Below are positions 12,730-27,253 of a DNA stretch of 64,000 bases, in pieces. Location of the stretch: assembly GCF_009914755.1 (NCBI RefSeq), contig NC_060931.1. One strand, given 5' to 3'. The notes under the pieces are model-generated. The model saw only the letters and a program-made list of their open reading frames with translations, was not told the origin of the DNA and made no database searches. The stretch is from the human T2T-CHM13v2.0 reference genome, Homo sapiens. Made by a program: the position numbers and the translations under genes. Position 1 is the stretch's first letter, and each line of letters begins with the position of its first letter.

Positions 12730-13364
12730 TGAAGTCTTTATTCTCTAGAGGTCGGTGCTTCGTGAGGATACAAGACAAACACACAGGAAAAACAAATAAT
12801 GGTATACAATAATGATGGTATACAAGAATGACTTAAGACAGGGGTAGTACAAACAACGTCTGTGAGGTTCACACCTAGATGAGATTACCATGGCCTAGAA
12901 TGGCCTTGCAAGGACTCCATGAAGGAAGACAGAAACGAGTCCAGCCGTGAAGCATTGTAGTTCTATAGAAAATTTTGAAGTGATAATGACTAATTTACCT
13001 CCCTTTCTCCAATATACCGAAGGACAGATTCACTGAAGTAATTTCCCTTGCTAAGCCTTTGCTCTTATGGACAAAGCTGAGCTCCCACAAAAGCTGTTTT
13101 TCAAATATCATAAATGAGGATGTAAGTAATTCGAAACGATTTTCCAATTATGTTTGCATTCATGAGGAAAACTAAGGTTTTAAGAGAAAATAAAAAAGGT
13201 TATCTGAAGAATTAGAAGTGAATTCTGAAATTCCAGATTCCTGGTGTCTAAATAACACATAATACAAGAATTAGCAAGAATCTACTCCACACATGATATT
13301 GAAACTTGGAACCACTTAACAACCAAGCTTAATTCCTAGGACAGACCTTCCTGCTTAACCTGTA

Positions 13365-13720
13365 TTCATCCACTCATCCATTCAGGAAATACTGTTAAGT
13401 ATTTTAGAATGCGTGTTAATGAGTCCAGCACTGGGCTAGGCGCTAAGGCAAAGTGAACCATACGGACAGGTTCCTGCCCTCATGGAGTGGACAGTTTTAG
13501 TAAGAGAGAGGCTGACAGGTAGACAGACAATGACAGCCCAATGTAATAAATGCTTGGTAAATTAAGCTACCTTAAGGACTTATAGATGCTATAGATATAA
13601 ATGCTTCATTAAGAAATGAGCACCTAGAAAAAACACTATATTAACCTACACTTGGAAAATTAGGAAAGCTTCTTAGAATAGATAACATTTAAGTTTAAGG
13701 AAGAAGAGCAGAAAGTCAGG
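13365..13720 (-). mobile_element. L2 LINE fragment
   Basis: 'attcatccactcatccattcaggaaatact...ccagcactgggctaggcgct...ggttcctgccctcatggag'. Confidence 0.75.
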
Positions 13721-13744
13721 AGCGGCAGTAAAAGAAATATCTAG

Positions 13745-14188
<444 letters not shown>

Positions 14189-15109
14189 CTAGAGGTATGC
14201 ACATACATAACCAGGTGTGGGCATGTGTGTATACACACATACTCATTTAGACCTCAAAACAATCCTCCCATAATTATCATCATTTTGAAGATGAGGAAAC
14301 AGGTATGAGAACACTAGTTGGTGATAAACAATAAGTAGCCAAAGGACCCTGAATGGAAGAGGGACATGATGAATTTTGCATCTCTGGCAAAATACCAATG
14401 ATGCAGTGTAGAGAATGCTTTGGAAGATAGGAAGTGATGATAAAATCTTTATTAAGCTTCCCAGAGAGATTAAAGGGCTCACTTTCTGTCATCTGACATG
14501 CCATGCCCTGAGCCTGCAACTTGAGAGATCATGAAACGCAGACAGAACCTTTTCCTTCAAGGAGTTTATAATCTACCAGGGGCAACAAGCATATTGGGAC
14601 ACTGGGTGCTCTCTGTATTGCTTGACAAGGATTCCATAGACCAACTACTTTCTAAAGCACCATGACCAGCAGAATCATAGACTGAGGTTCCTTCTTTGAA
14701 AGACAGCCAAGCTTCTTGCAGGAAGAGAAAGCCCTGACCACAGGGAAACAGTGACCACAGCTACAGCCCAAGCTCTTCTCTGGGTCTGACAAACTCAGGA
14801 CAATGGTTCTGTTCCCTAATACCTTTCTATAATCCCCAATCCTAACCTGGTGACCCAGCAACAATGTCCGTTGAGTGTCCAGGGCTGTTACTGGCTTAGT
14901 CACACTCTTCCCCTCTTGGGGTTTAGCTACTTTGTCACCTCCCTGCTGGAGAAATGCCACTTACCAATGATAGTGTTAAAGAACATTTGTCCTCATACTT
15001 AACAACAACCCAGTCAACCCTTTATTCTACTTTCTTCAAAGCTATGAGTAAGAAAGAGAAATTAAACTAAAATTTTCAGTGTAGGTAATACGTTCTCCAT
15101 ACAGCAACA

Positions 15110-15285
15110 TCGTATCTAAATCCTTACAACCACCACCATGAGAAAAAGATGTGCTTGTCCTCACAAAACATGAAAACACGGGAAAAGGTAAATAGACTTG
15201 CTTTGGTCCACATGGCTAAATAAGAGCATAAGCTCTTGGAGTCAAACCCAGTTCTGACTCCAAGGCCAGCCTCATTCTACTATGT
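15110..15285 (-). mobile_element. MIR SINE fragment
   Basis: 'aaatccttacaaccaccaccatgag...aaaggtaaatagacttgc...ggagtcaaacccagttctgactccaaggcc'. Confidence 0.55.
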
Positions 15286-15697
15286 TATTTAATTTTTCAG
15301 AAGTAAAATACGTCATTTAAAAACATACTATCTTTCTCAAGTTGGCAGTTAACGTGTTTGCTACAGAAGATTGGTCAAGAAACCAATCAGGGGTTTAAAA
15401 TCTGACTTTGAAATTATATCCTCAACTCTTAAACCTTCATTTATGGTTCAGTGGTGTATTTAGTCTTGTCAATATGGCCCTTGCAGCAGCAGATGTTGGA
15501 CTGATGTGAGATGGAAAAATTTTTGGCCAGGTTTCTGAAACCCTAAATTCTAGACCAGCTTACAGGTTCATGAGAGCTAGGGCGGAGCTGGGGTTACTCT
15601 AGCCAAATGCACACTGTTATTATTCAGAGCCTTGGCACCAAACTTTGCCAAGGTGCTGATAAATCAGGGTAGGTTATATGTCAATTAATTATAAGTA

Positions 15698-15822
15698 GAG
15701 GATCATATAATTCATTGTCCAAACTATTGGGACACAGTGAAAGGGAGTGTTATTAATAATGACAACAGGACAAATGTGTAATCCAGGTCTGGCCATGGCA
15801 AACCAACACTTATGGTCACCCT
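15698..15822 (-). mobile_element. MER94 hAT-Blackjack MITE
   Basis: 'gatcatataattcattgtccaaac...gggacacagtgaaagggagtgttattaataat...tatggtcaccct' is the reverse of the copy at 8203. Confidence 0.7.
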
Positions 15823-17454
15823 GGTCATAAGGAGCCCCTTTACCTTCTAGCTTAAGGCCTAGGTTACAGGAAGTCTAGAGGCCCCACTGGGTCTGGTTGC
15901 CCAGGCTCACACCCTCATCCTGTTGCTAATAGCAACAAGTGACTTCTAAAGATGAATCTAAGGAAAAATGCTCCACAGGAATAAAAGCTACAAAAGTATT
16001 CTTCTCTAAAGCCCAAAGTTAGCCCAAATCATCCACCCTAAACCTTGGAGCAGGGTAGGCTGCAGTGGAGGAAGTCTGTTTTTCTTACTACAATATCCTT
16101 CTCAAAAGAGGACTAAAAGAATAAGAGAATGCAGTGCAGACACAAGAGCTCTGAGCCTTTTGTGCACCAAACTGACAGTCCCTGGCACTTGTGGCCCAGT
16201 AATAGCCCTGATTTTGAACCTGTTCCAGCTGCTTTCCCCCTCAAGGCTCAGGTTCCTCCGGGTGACTGCAATGCTTCTAACGTATGTACAAAATGAATGT
16301 TGAAAATGCATTCCCCCTAGAATGTGCTACTCATAAGAATTCCTTGGTGTAGGGGAATCTAACCAATGGTGCAGGTATCATTTGTGTAACTAAGGTACCA
16401 TGCAAAGGCTATATTTTCATGTTATAAAAATAGACCCAATTTCTTGCCCCTAACACAGAACTCTATACCCAGTAGTCATTTACTAAACGTTCTCTCAACT
16501 GAACAGGACCTAGTTAAGTATTCCTGAAGCCACCGGCACTGGAGAAGGGAGCCAGCACCTCCTTACTGGTGAGTGGTCAGGAGATGTCCGCAGAATGGCT
16601 TATGCCACAGAACTTACTGCACCGCTTACCTCAGTTTTCCACTGCATCAGGTCAGAAACTTATTTGATTTGCTGCCCCAAGTGGGCTTCACACCTTCCCT
16701 CCTATTCGCCAGTGTGTCTTTTTCCATTACCCGTGTTTAAAAACAGACTCTTTAATTTATGGGCATTTAGGGCTGGTGAAAGTCTCCAAGCTCTGCGCTC
16801 ACCACAGACTCAGGCCCCTAAATGGTAACAGCTGAGCTGGCTTGTCAGGAGGGGTGAGGCCCCTTCTCCCATCCCTGGAGAAAACAGCCTGAATGAACAG
16901 ACGTACTGACCCCAGCCCCATGCCAGTCTCAGGGGCTGCCCCACAAGTGGCTCACTTGGGGATAAGGGTTGTTGCTTCCACGGTGAAGAAGAAAATCCTT
17001 ATTTGTGCCTGGAGAGTAGGAAAAAGTGGTTCCTACTGCTGGCCCTGGCCTGTTTCTGATCTCTCACAAGGGATGAAACACTGATAAGGACAGTCCTTTA
17101 TTTGTGGGTTATGTTCTTGTTTGGTTATTAAAATACCCCTTATTTGTGAAATAATGTGGGACAGTAGGTGACATTTTAAAATGTCTTTCATTGGCAAAAT
17201 AAAGAGTTACCATTGGCATATTGATAAAGTTTTTTGATAAAATTTTACTGCCCCATGAAATGCAAAAATCTGGGAAATACTTCCTTAGACTCCATGCCAA
17301 GGCTTCTGAAGAGCAGAGAAATGGGAACGTGGGTTGGGAGAGTGGGGAGAGCACTCTCATCTCAGAACTCCAATCTGCTGGCTGCAACATAAACATTAAA
17401 TAACTAAGGGGGATGGCAACAAAGCTACCTTCATCACCTAGTCCAGGCCAGGCT

Positions 17455-17600
17455 GGGTACTTATATTATCTCAGTTAATCCTCACAATTACCCTGCAAAA
17501 CAGACACTACATTTTCCATTTTATAGCTAAAGAATTAAATGTGCAGCTATGTACCATCAAAAAGTAGCTGTGGAAGGCTGGGATTCAGCCCCGATGCCTG
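17455..17600 (-). mobile_element. MIR SINE fragment
   Basis: 'tattatctcagttaatcctcacaattaccctgc...ttccattttatagct...ctgggattcagccc'. Confidence 0.6.
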
Positions 17601-18469
17601 TTTCTTTCCCTGATGCACTGGGTATGCAGTGGGGAAACAGGGCTATCAGCTTCACTGAACAGCAAAACAGAACTTTTGAATTAATCAGAGTTATGAAGGG
17701 ACCCATTTCTGAATAGAGCCTATTACATTCTAAAACCCAGATGATCATGAAGACATTATAATGGAAGTTTGTTTATTCTCTATATTTTCTAATTGGTTTA
17801 TTTGAAAGTTTGGTCTCAGGAACTGCTCTGCAAGGCTCTGGAAATGACTGAATCAAAACAAGCCCAAGTTCAATATGAAACAAGCAACCTATCTTCTGCA
17901 AAGCAATAGTCTTCAGCCAAATCTGAAGCACCCAAGCAGTCATTACCCTCCCTTTCTTGACCTCTGGGTATTTCATTGCTTGTTGCCATTTCCAAGAGTT
18001 CAGGTAGGCTTGAATAACTGTTCATTAAAACCAGAGTTTAAGGGGGAGGATTTTGAACAATATCAAAGACCAAGGAGCTCACTTGAATATTACCTGCAGA
18101 TTTAACTTAACCATGCTGTTGCTATTTCCAAAAAGGCACAAACCACACTATGGCTGTATTCTTAAGGGTCATGTAGCACTAAATACTAAATCAAACTTCT
18201 TGTGTCCATTGAATCTGCTGAAGGCAATATGTAGAGATGTTGCAACATTCTTCTCTACCACCTTTCCATTCTGCTCCATTCCCACTTTTAGACACAAAGC
18301 AAAACCATCCACCCCAGGAATGTAACAACAATGCATCTGCTCATTAATATGTACAAATAAAGATGCAAGAGTCAATTGTCACGAATAAGGATAGGATTTG
18401 GCATCTCATTTGGAATGTCTCCTTTGCCTCAACAACTCTATTAAGCGTTGGTGAATAACATTACGCAAC

Positions 18470-18600
18470 TATTCATTCAACCAATATGTACTAAGTGTCT
18501 ATTAAATGCCAGCCATTGCTCAGGATGATGGGGATGCAAAAGTGAATTAAGTATAAAGACAAAAATCCTTGCCATTATGGACTTCTCCCTGTAGTGGAGA
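18470..18600 (-). mobile_element. L2 LINE 3' fragment
   Basis: 'attcattcaaccaatatgtactaagtgtctattaaatgccagcc...ggggatgcaaaagtgaa...aaaaatccttgcc'. Confidence 0.7.
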
Positions 18601-21355
18601 GAAAACTTGATATTATACAGTAAAAACTTTACTCATTAAAGTTATAACTTAAAAATAATAATTTCACTTTTAGATGGTTTTCATGGTACATGGAAACTCA
18701 TGAGTTTCTCAAATTTATTCCTTCATCCTAGGAGAAAAAATTATTTTGCAGATGATTTAACATAATATACCTAACTTAAAGCAAAATCATGCAGACATCT
18801 TTTGTTAATATCCACATTCCTGACATCTTCCTTGAAGTTTTTCACTTCTAAGGGCTGCAGTGATTCAAGGGACTGCGCCGAATGCTTCTTAGAGGATGGC
18901 CCCGGGGAGGAATAGGATTCCCAGCACAGGACTCATTCTTGTGATGTTCTGCCAAGTCAAATTTACTTCCTACAAAACCAACAATTCACTTTTATGCTGG
19001 ATCACTAAATAATATGGCAAAATTTTAGTCAGAAAACTTAGGCAGAAGCTTATGAAATATCTTAGGAATGAAGGAGAAAGAATGAGGACGAAACAATGGA
19101 ATCAAGATATCTGACACATCACACTTTGTCTGTTGTAAGGAATTGCTAACAGATGAAAAGAACGTCCTCTAAAAATCCCCTCTCAAATAATCCACAATCA
19201 AGCACAGGCAACAGAACAGACCATGGGAAGTTACTACAAAGGCAACTGCTTTCTTTATCCTAAACAGATGTATCACAGATAAAAATGGCTACAGAACTTG
19301 GTAATACCTATGTAGAGAATGAAAGGCTACATGGGAAAATCTATAGAATTCTTAGGAAATAATGTTTTCGATAAAATGGGAATCATTTTAAGTATTGAGG
19401 CAACAGAGATATTAAATTTTTTAACCTAAATGTTTAGATCTTTTCTTACAGCATATAAGCTAATTATTTAAAAGCTTGAAAAAGAAAGCAATGGCACCTT
19501 TGCAATGATCAGAGCCAAGTTTGCTGACAAGGTGAAGAACTATACAGTCAGTACTCAGGTACTGGCTACAGTGCATCACTAGGTGGAAAACAAATCATAG
19601 GAATCAGTGGTAAGTTCAGACTCAGTAAAGTGCTACACATTTCTTGAAAGTCAAGGGGTTGAGGTGAATGGAGCACTGGCCTCAGGTATACCTGGGTTAA
19701 AGCATCCTTACTTTCAAAATCTGAAAAATAACAAGAGTTAATAATACAACTTGGCATCATTATATCAGAGTGTCAGAGCAGGTGAGCTGATGAGATTCAG
19801 AAAATAAAGACAAGGACTCTGCAGGCGGTGCCCCTCTAGATGCAGACCTGAGCAAACCAGAAGCAGCAAGAGCCCTGTAGGGGCTGGCGCAGGATGGAGA
19901 ATGTTTCTAAAGAATTGAAAAGGAGTGTTCAGTTTAAATATACAGATACAGAACACAGCCTCAGTTCTGACTGTAGTTTAGGGAAGTTTTATAGGCTTGT
20001 GGAAGGCAGGCATGGAATACAAACAAATCAATGCGGACAGGAGTAAGAGATAAACAGTTTTAAATGTCTTGTACAACTAAAATGTTTCTGCAGCCCACGT
20101 TTACTGCCAAAAGAGGAGACTTGGAAAATTTTGGTCTGGCTATTCCAATTATAGCGCTTTATGAAACCACACAGGATACAGCACTACCTTCTTGAGAAAA
20201 GCAACGATGCCTTGACCAGGTAAACCTCCATGGTAAATGTGACTTGTTATGGATAACTCTGCATAAGTAAGGGCTGTTCGTCCTTTCAAGGCCTGGCTTC
20301 ATTCCTTTTGGAAGACAGTTGCAAAGATCTTGTAAATTTTGCTTTATCTATTTGTCAGATTGAGACTTGTACCACTAAAAAAAAGTACATGAGTTACTAT
20401 GAACAATTATACTATTTATAATGTGAAGTACAGGTTGTCAGTTACCATCTTGACTTTAAAATAGTTTTTATTTATCTTTGTGTTGGTTTAAAACTTAAAC
20501 TTTAATGTCTCTCTCTCTTTTGGTTTAGGGAGAGAGAAAAATGAAAGTTTTGATTTCTATTTTGGTCTTGCCCAAAAGTATTTCATAAACATTTACTAAG
20601 AAGGTTGTCAAGCTCTACCTAACTGCCCCCATGATAAAGATAAACCTTCTTATGATATATTCAGATAAATACATTCATCATTTTCATCCTTGTGTCATTA
20701 TTCATACCAACAAAGGCACAGTTGTCATTAAAAGTAACCATAGTTCCCAGGCATCTCATCAATTACCTAACTACCTATTCTTGGCAAAGCTTGGTTGCTA
20801 TACACGAAGCATATTCACATCTACTTAGTATATGGTCTAGCTGTTGAGTCCTCTAAAGCTAAAAAGACATCTATATCTCAGGTTCAGCTCTCCTTTGCAT
20901 CCTTTCTCTATCGATGGCACCTTCATACATTTGATCCTAAGAAAGAAGTCACCCTTAGGTCTTTCTAGACCTTAGGAAAGAGAAGAGTCTTTAGAAGTTG
21001 ATATGGGGAAGAAGGGGCCAGGAAGTATCATCTTTCTGATGGCCATTTCTGCCTGTGTGTCTAACACAGTGAACGTTCATATAGAACAAACACCGGCATG
21101 GTGATGGTGGGGGATGACAGATGTTGAGTGGACGATGGGGAGAAGAGAAAGTGTTTGTGGGAAGACGCTCACTCCCAATATCCCACCCCTCAGCCCCAGA
21201 TTGCTTCTGAGACTAGGAAGCAGAGAACAGGAGGAATGTAGCTGGCGATGCAGTGAGACCTTATGCTGGTTACTAGCACCGTCCTGCAGAGCGTACCATT
21301 TGTACATGTACGTTTGTGTATGCATAACTTTTTCACTTAGAAAATGGGCTTCTTT

Positions 21356-21639
21356 CATTATTCTCAGCAACCTAAAGCAGGAACAGAAAACCAAACACCA
21401 AATGTTCTCACTTATAAGTGGGAGCTGAACACATGGATACAGAGAGGGGAACAACACACACTGGGGCCAGTCATGGGGGTTGGGGGAAGGGAAAGCATCA
21501 GGAAAAATAGCTAATGCATGCTGGGCTTAACACCTGAGTGATGGGTTGATAGGTGCAGCAAACCACCATGCGACATGTTCACCTGTGTAACAAACCTGCA
21601 TATCCTGCATATGTACCCCAGAACTTTAAAACAAAGAAA
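21356..21639 (+). mobile_element. 5'-truncated primate L1PA 3' end (L1PA13-16-like)
   Basis: 'cattattctcagcaa...atgttctcacttataagtgggagctgaac...aacaaacctgca...tgtaccccagaactt' plus A-rich tail; perfect 17-bp TSD agaaaatgggcttcttt at 21339-21355 and 21640-21656. Confidence 0.95.
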
Positions 21640-23490
21640 AGAAAATGGGCTTCTTTTCTCTGATAAAGACTCTCTGGGAAGAGACAGGATCTACACTTTG
21701 TCACATGGGAACCTGCAATGGGAGACATGAGGATTTTCTTCTTTCTGCGTGTGGGAGGCTTTGCTTTTCCAAGACACTTTGGAGTGTCTCACGCAACCAT
21801 TAAGTGAAGACTGGGGCTGGTTCTCTTCCTAAGCTTCACAACAAATCTAAAAGTTCTAAAAGTGGTATGATCTATGTTTATAGAAGTTCATCTTGTATAT
21901 GTACAAATCATATGAATAAAACATGATTTCTTCCTTACTTTCATGTTTACCTTCTCCTTCTCTCTTCTTTAACCTGCAAAAGGGAACTGTGAAATCTGCA
22001 TAAGAATCAACACTGGCACTGCACATTTTGGATACAAACCAAGGACAGAAAATATGGACTCTGAAAATACTAGTTCAGAACTAAATAAATAGATCTGCAA
22101 TTTGGAAATTAATAATAAGAAAAAGTTACTGGCTTTCTTTGTAAGACTCACAGAGGATAAATACATCTTATAGTTTTGGAATTAAAGAGAAAAAAAATGG
22201 CTCTGCTGTGCCTTGCTGAAAGCTTTCTCTGCCCTGGCATGTTTGTAAACAGTATGTTTCACTTTGCTAGCAGGAGTGACAGCTTAAGAGTGTCAAGCCC
22301 ACTCCCTCATTTGCTAGATCAGATAGCCTCTTCTGTTTGTGAGAAGTGAAACCTTATCTTCACTTTAATAAGAATTTGCCCAATATATTTAGAATATGAG
22401 GCAGGGCTATCCCTGAAGCAACCTAACTGTGCTTCATGCATTTCCAGCTAGATCTAAGAATCAACACAAAAAGATTGAAAGCTTTAAACACCTGAGTTTG
22501 GATAATTCTAGCCAGGAAGAGACCCCAGGACCAGGCCAGTGTCATTACCACGTAAGGAAGTAACATTAGCACAACGGGCCCAGTCTTTGACCCTAACCTG
22601 TGCCGCATCCACATGCTCTACCATCTCCCCTTATACCTCTTGGTCCTCCCACTGCAGCTCCAGCAACTCCCCTCAGCTCCCCACAAGGAGGCGAAAGCAA
22701 CCCAACACAAACGTGTGTGCCCAAGCATCTCCTCTCAGTCCTTGACCCCTTCATCTTTACTCTCTAAAGATATTACTACAGCACCTTGCAAATTGAATTT
22801 AACAAAGGACCTATGTAAGTATGGTCTATGTTACTTAAGCAAACTAGATGGGGAGTCCATCTTTTCCATATCTACCCCTAGAACAAAGCAAAGTGCCTGG
22901 TACTTAGTTGACATAATGCTGACTCAAGTGAAAATAAGGAGACTGCACGGCCACTGGGATGGAACATCGATTATGCGATCAAAAGTCCACAAAAATAAAA
23001 ACATTTCCAAGGAGTTAAAGAGGAAGACCACAGATTTGGAGCCTAGTGTGTAATGTGGATAAAGACTTGAGGCTGGCAAGGTGGCAGAGGACAATGGCAC
23101 GAGGGCTGGAATGGCAGCAGACTGTGGCTCTGATTAGAAATGAGACACTCCAGGACCCAAAACTGGCTAGGCCTAGGGTACGCTCGAGCTGCACATGTAA
23201 GCCTGTGAAGGCTCCAAAGTTATTTGGGGAGTAAAACCCCTGGAAGAGAGAGGACGTACCGCTAATGAGAACTGAGGGTGTGGAGCAGGTTTGGGGAATT
23301 ACTGTAATGTGACCACAGGGCACACCCCAGCTGAGGAAAGCAAGAACTCACCAGCTACCTGTGTAAATACTATCCTTTGTGCTTGACAGCAACTCCCCTT
23401 TCTTTCAAATGACATGCACCTCTTTCTTTCCTGATTTTCAAACAGCCCTGATTGCTAAACTTGTAATTGTGGTACTCTATGGGAACTCTT

Positions 23491-23814
<324 letters not shown>

Positions 23815-24211
23815 TAGTCCTGGTGCATAAGAAATACCAATACCTCTCTAAAAAAAAATTATCTTTTATGACTTTCTAAAATAAAACATCACAATATGAA
23901 TTTCAAACTGTTCTGTGTTCTACTGATCCCAGGCAAAACACACACATGCACACACACACACGAAGTTTAAGTAGAACCTTACTTAAGCAATTTGAGTCAA
24001 AGGAACATGAGAATCTGAAAGGTTAGGATGGGTTTTTGTTCCCTTTGGCCAAATCCTAGAAGGCTTTGCCTACTGGGGGCCCCACTGCTTTTAAGACAAA
24101 CAACAGGGAGAAGAACAATTGGAAGCACAAACAAATCCTTTCAGTTTCTTTTGTTATTTTGAGGCAGTCTTTGAGGGTGGCCAGTTATAATAAAAATATG
24201 AAAGAAAACTA

Positions 24212-24213
<2 letters not shown>

Positions 24214-24249
<36 letters not shown>
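24214..24249. repeat. (AC)18 microsatellite
   Basis: Perfect dinucleotide run. Confidence 0.98.
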
Positions 24250-24251
<2 letters not shown>

Positions 24252-24354
24252 ATTTATAATTTTTATAATGGAGCATTTAATATTCACATTCTTGTATGGA
24301 AAATATTCTTATTTTTCCCAATCCTGCTTCATTCCAAAAGCATTTACAAAAGAG

Positions 24355-24490
24355 ACAGCTCTGTCTTTAACTCACAAATGAGAAAACAGAGGCCAAACTG
24401 TGTAAGTGACTTCCCTATACTCACATACCCAGGTGTATGGCCAAGTTGGAATCTGAACACAAGTCTTTTGAATTAAAATGCCATAATCCT
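24355..24490 (-). mobile_element. MIR SINE fragment
   Basis: 'cacaaatgagaaaacagaggcc...taagtgacttccc...ggaatctgaacacaagtctt'. Confidence 0.6.
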
Positions 24491-24780
24491 TCTAGAAAGT
24501 ACAGAAATGACACCATCATCCTCTTAACAGAAACAGAGATCTGGATGAAATATCAAAAGACAAATCCTGCTTCCCTGTTCACTCAGAAAGGAATTTGCTA
24601 TTGAGTAAAAGGTAAACATGCCATGGCCTCTGCAAACAAAGTGTGATTTTTTACTATCCTGTATATTAATGAAATACCATCACAGCCAGCAAGATGAGAA
24701 CTTACAACGTGAAGCTAAGACATGAAGGCTGAGCCGTTACCGTCCTCAAATTGCAATCTTTTATATATATAAAAGAAATA

Positions 24781-25272
<492 letters not shown>

Positions 25273-27174
25273 TTAAAAGCAAATAATCCACTCAATTTTG
25301 GTGTAGAGCCCTTTCTCCTAATGGATGACTGCAGGAGAGATGATTGTGGTTCCTTGCTTTACTTTTGGGAAGGGCTGGACGAGAGGAGTAAGCTGGAGGA
25401 TAAAGTGCAGAGAAATTATGGCATGCATAGAAATTGTTAACATGTACTCATTAGTGAGTACACAGAGTGACAAGATGTAAACCAGAAAATATACACCCGA
25501 TTAATATTTCTTCTGGGTTTTCAAAACCCAGCAAAGCTTTCAACCATTGTCCTGAACAATTCTCAATTTCAATTCTAAAGCAACAGCAACCTGAAACCCT
25601 GAGAACAGACCATAGACATGTATGACAATAAATACATGAAAATAAAGGAGAAAAATTAAATGCAATTGTCAAATAATATCTTTAAGTGGAAGAAGATATA
25701 TTTGTGAAAATTCAGCAGGAAGACCTTATCTTTTTTTCTAACAATGTAACATACATAAAGTCCAATGGAGTAGCTCTAGCCTCTCTATAAGTACATGTAT
25801 GTGAGATGATTGCCAAGGACCTTTGCAACTTTACTCAGTAAATTATAATCATTTCTTTGTCTTGATGCACTAATATGTAACAACTGTGGGGGAAAATACA
25901 AGTAAATAACACCTTCCCCCAACCAGTCATTTTAACATGCAGCACTCTGCAATAATTATGATTCCATTATACATTCAAGTCCACCAGGACAGCAGCCCTG
26001 CCTAGAATAAACTTCAGGTTAGAGTCAGTCTGATAAACACTGATTAACAAACTACTGACATAGTAACAAACTAAAACCTATCTGACTTCTATAGTGATTT
26101 TTTTCTTATGTTTTGTACAGTTATTGGGAGCATGCATATTATTTGAAAATATTAATAACCTGAAGTTGTTTTCCTTGTTTATTCTTCATCTGGTGCCATA
26201 GTCTTCACTCATTTTTGGGGGGAACAATGAGGATGCAAATAGAAGTGGTAGAGTAACGCAACCTCACTCTGCAGGCAGCTTTGGACACAGAGCATCTTGA
26301 AAAAGGCTCGCACTGGAGGAGGTAGGGTCATCTCTGGAGGACATTTGGGCTTCCTCATGGCACACAGATTATTCTGGGGCCTGCCCCAAATGCCATGATG
26401 CCTTGTGCCAAACAGAGGAAAGGAGGGAAAGCTACCTTCTTAACGTGGGTTAGTGGCTTTTACCTCCCTCTATTAGACACCTAGAGGTTCCTAACCCTGC
26501 CTGGGCACTCAGGGGTATGGGATGTTGGGGGTGAGGCTGTGCTCCTGGAGAAGGTAGGAAAGTATGGTCAGGGATGGGGAGAAACATCTGCAAAGAATGC
26601 ACATAGCAAGACCAGAGAAAGTGAATAACCAGCAACCCTCACGGCAGCCCATTGGCATCTACAGAACAAACTCCCTCTAGGTACAGCAGATGCCAATCTT
26701 TTGGCTCACTAATGGGCACAGTTCAGTGGCCCAGTTTACTTTAGGAAGAATCTGGGCCTGGGGACAAGGGAACACAGTGGAGCACACCCTTACTGGGGTG
26801 CAGAGGGAATCAATCTGTTCAGAGTTTATTTGGGTACGTGCAGAACTTGCTTAACTGTCCACCTCTGCCTGAAAAGAGACAATTATGATGTAGGGAAAGA
26901 AAAAGCAGCAAGACTAGATGTACTCAAACACAATAAATATTATGTTTTCTTGCAAATGTCCTCAGCAATGAGATACAGAAGCAGAGGAATTTAAAGAGCA
27001 CATCCAAGAGATCTGCACAGTCAGAGAAATCAGTGACTTTGTTTTATGTTTCAGTTTTCCAGGCAGGACCAATTAAACCTGTCTTAATAAAATTCTCAAG
27101 CAATGCTGACATGATTCATCTGTGTAGTATTATAAGAGTTTAGCAGGCCCCATTTTAACCTTGGTCGAGTTTTA

Positions 27175-27253
27175 TGACTCATGTAAAACATTCTGAAAAT
27201 GACTCAGGGAAAAAGAGGGGACATAGTGAGATAAAAGTGGAAGAGGTGAGTCA
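27175..27253. promoter_or_regulatory. Cluster of three AP-1 (TGASTCA) sites; candidate enhancer
   Basis: TGACTCA 27175-27181, TGACTCA 27200-27206, TGAGTCA 27247-27253; motifs seen directly, function inferred. Confidence 0.55.

Noticed and set aside
14965-15041. Minus-strand segment with a good acceptor and gtaagt donor
   Set aside because: Stops in all three frames; cannot be distinguished from a pseudo-exon
19825-19848. CTCF-like sequence (tctagaggggcacc on the minus strand)
   Set aside because: An extra G breaks the core spacing, giving a poor match
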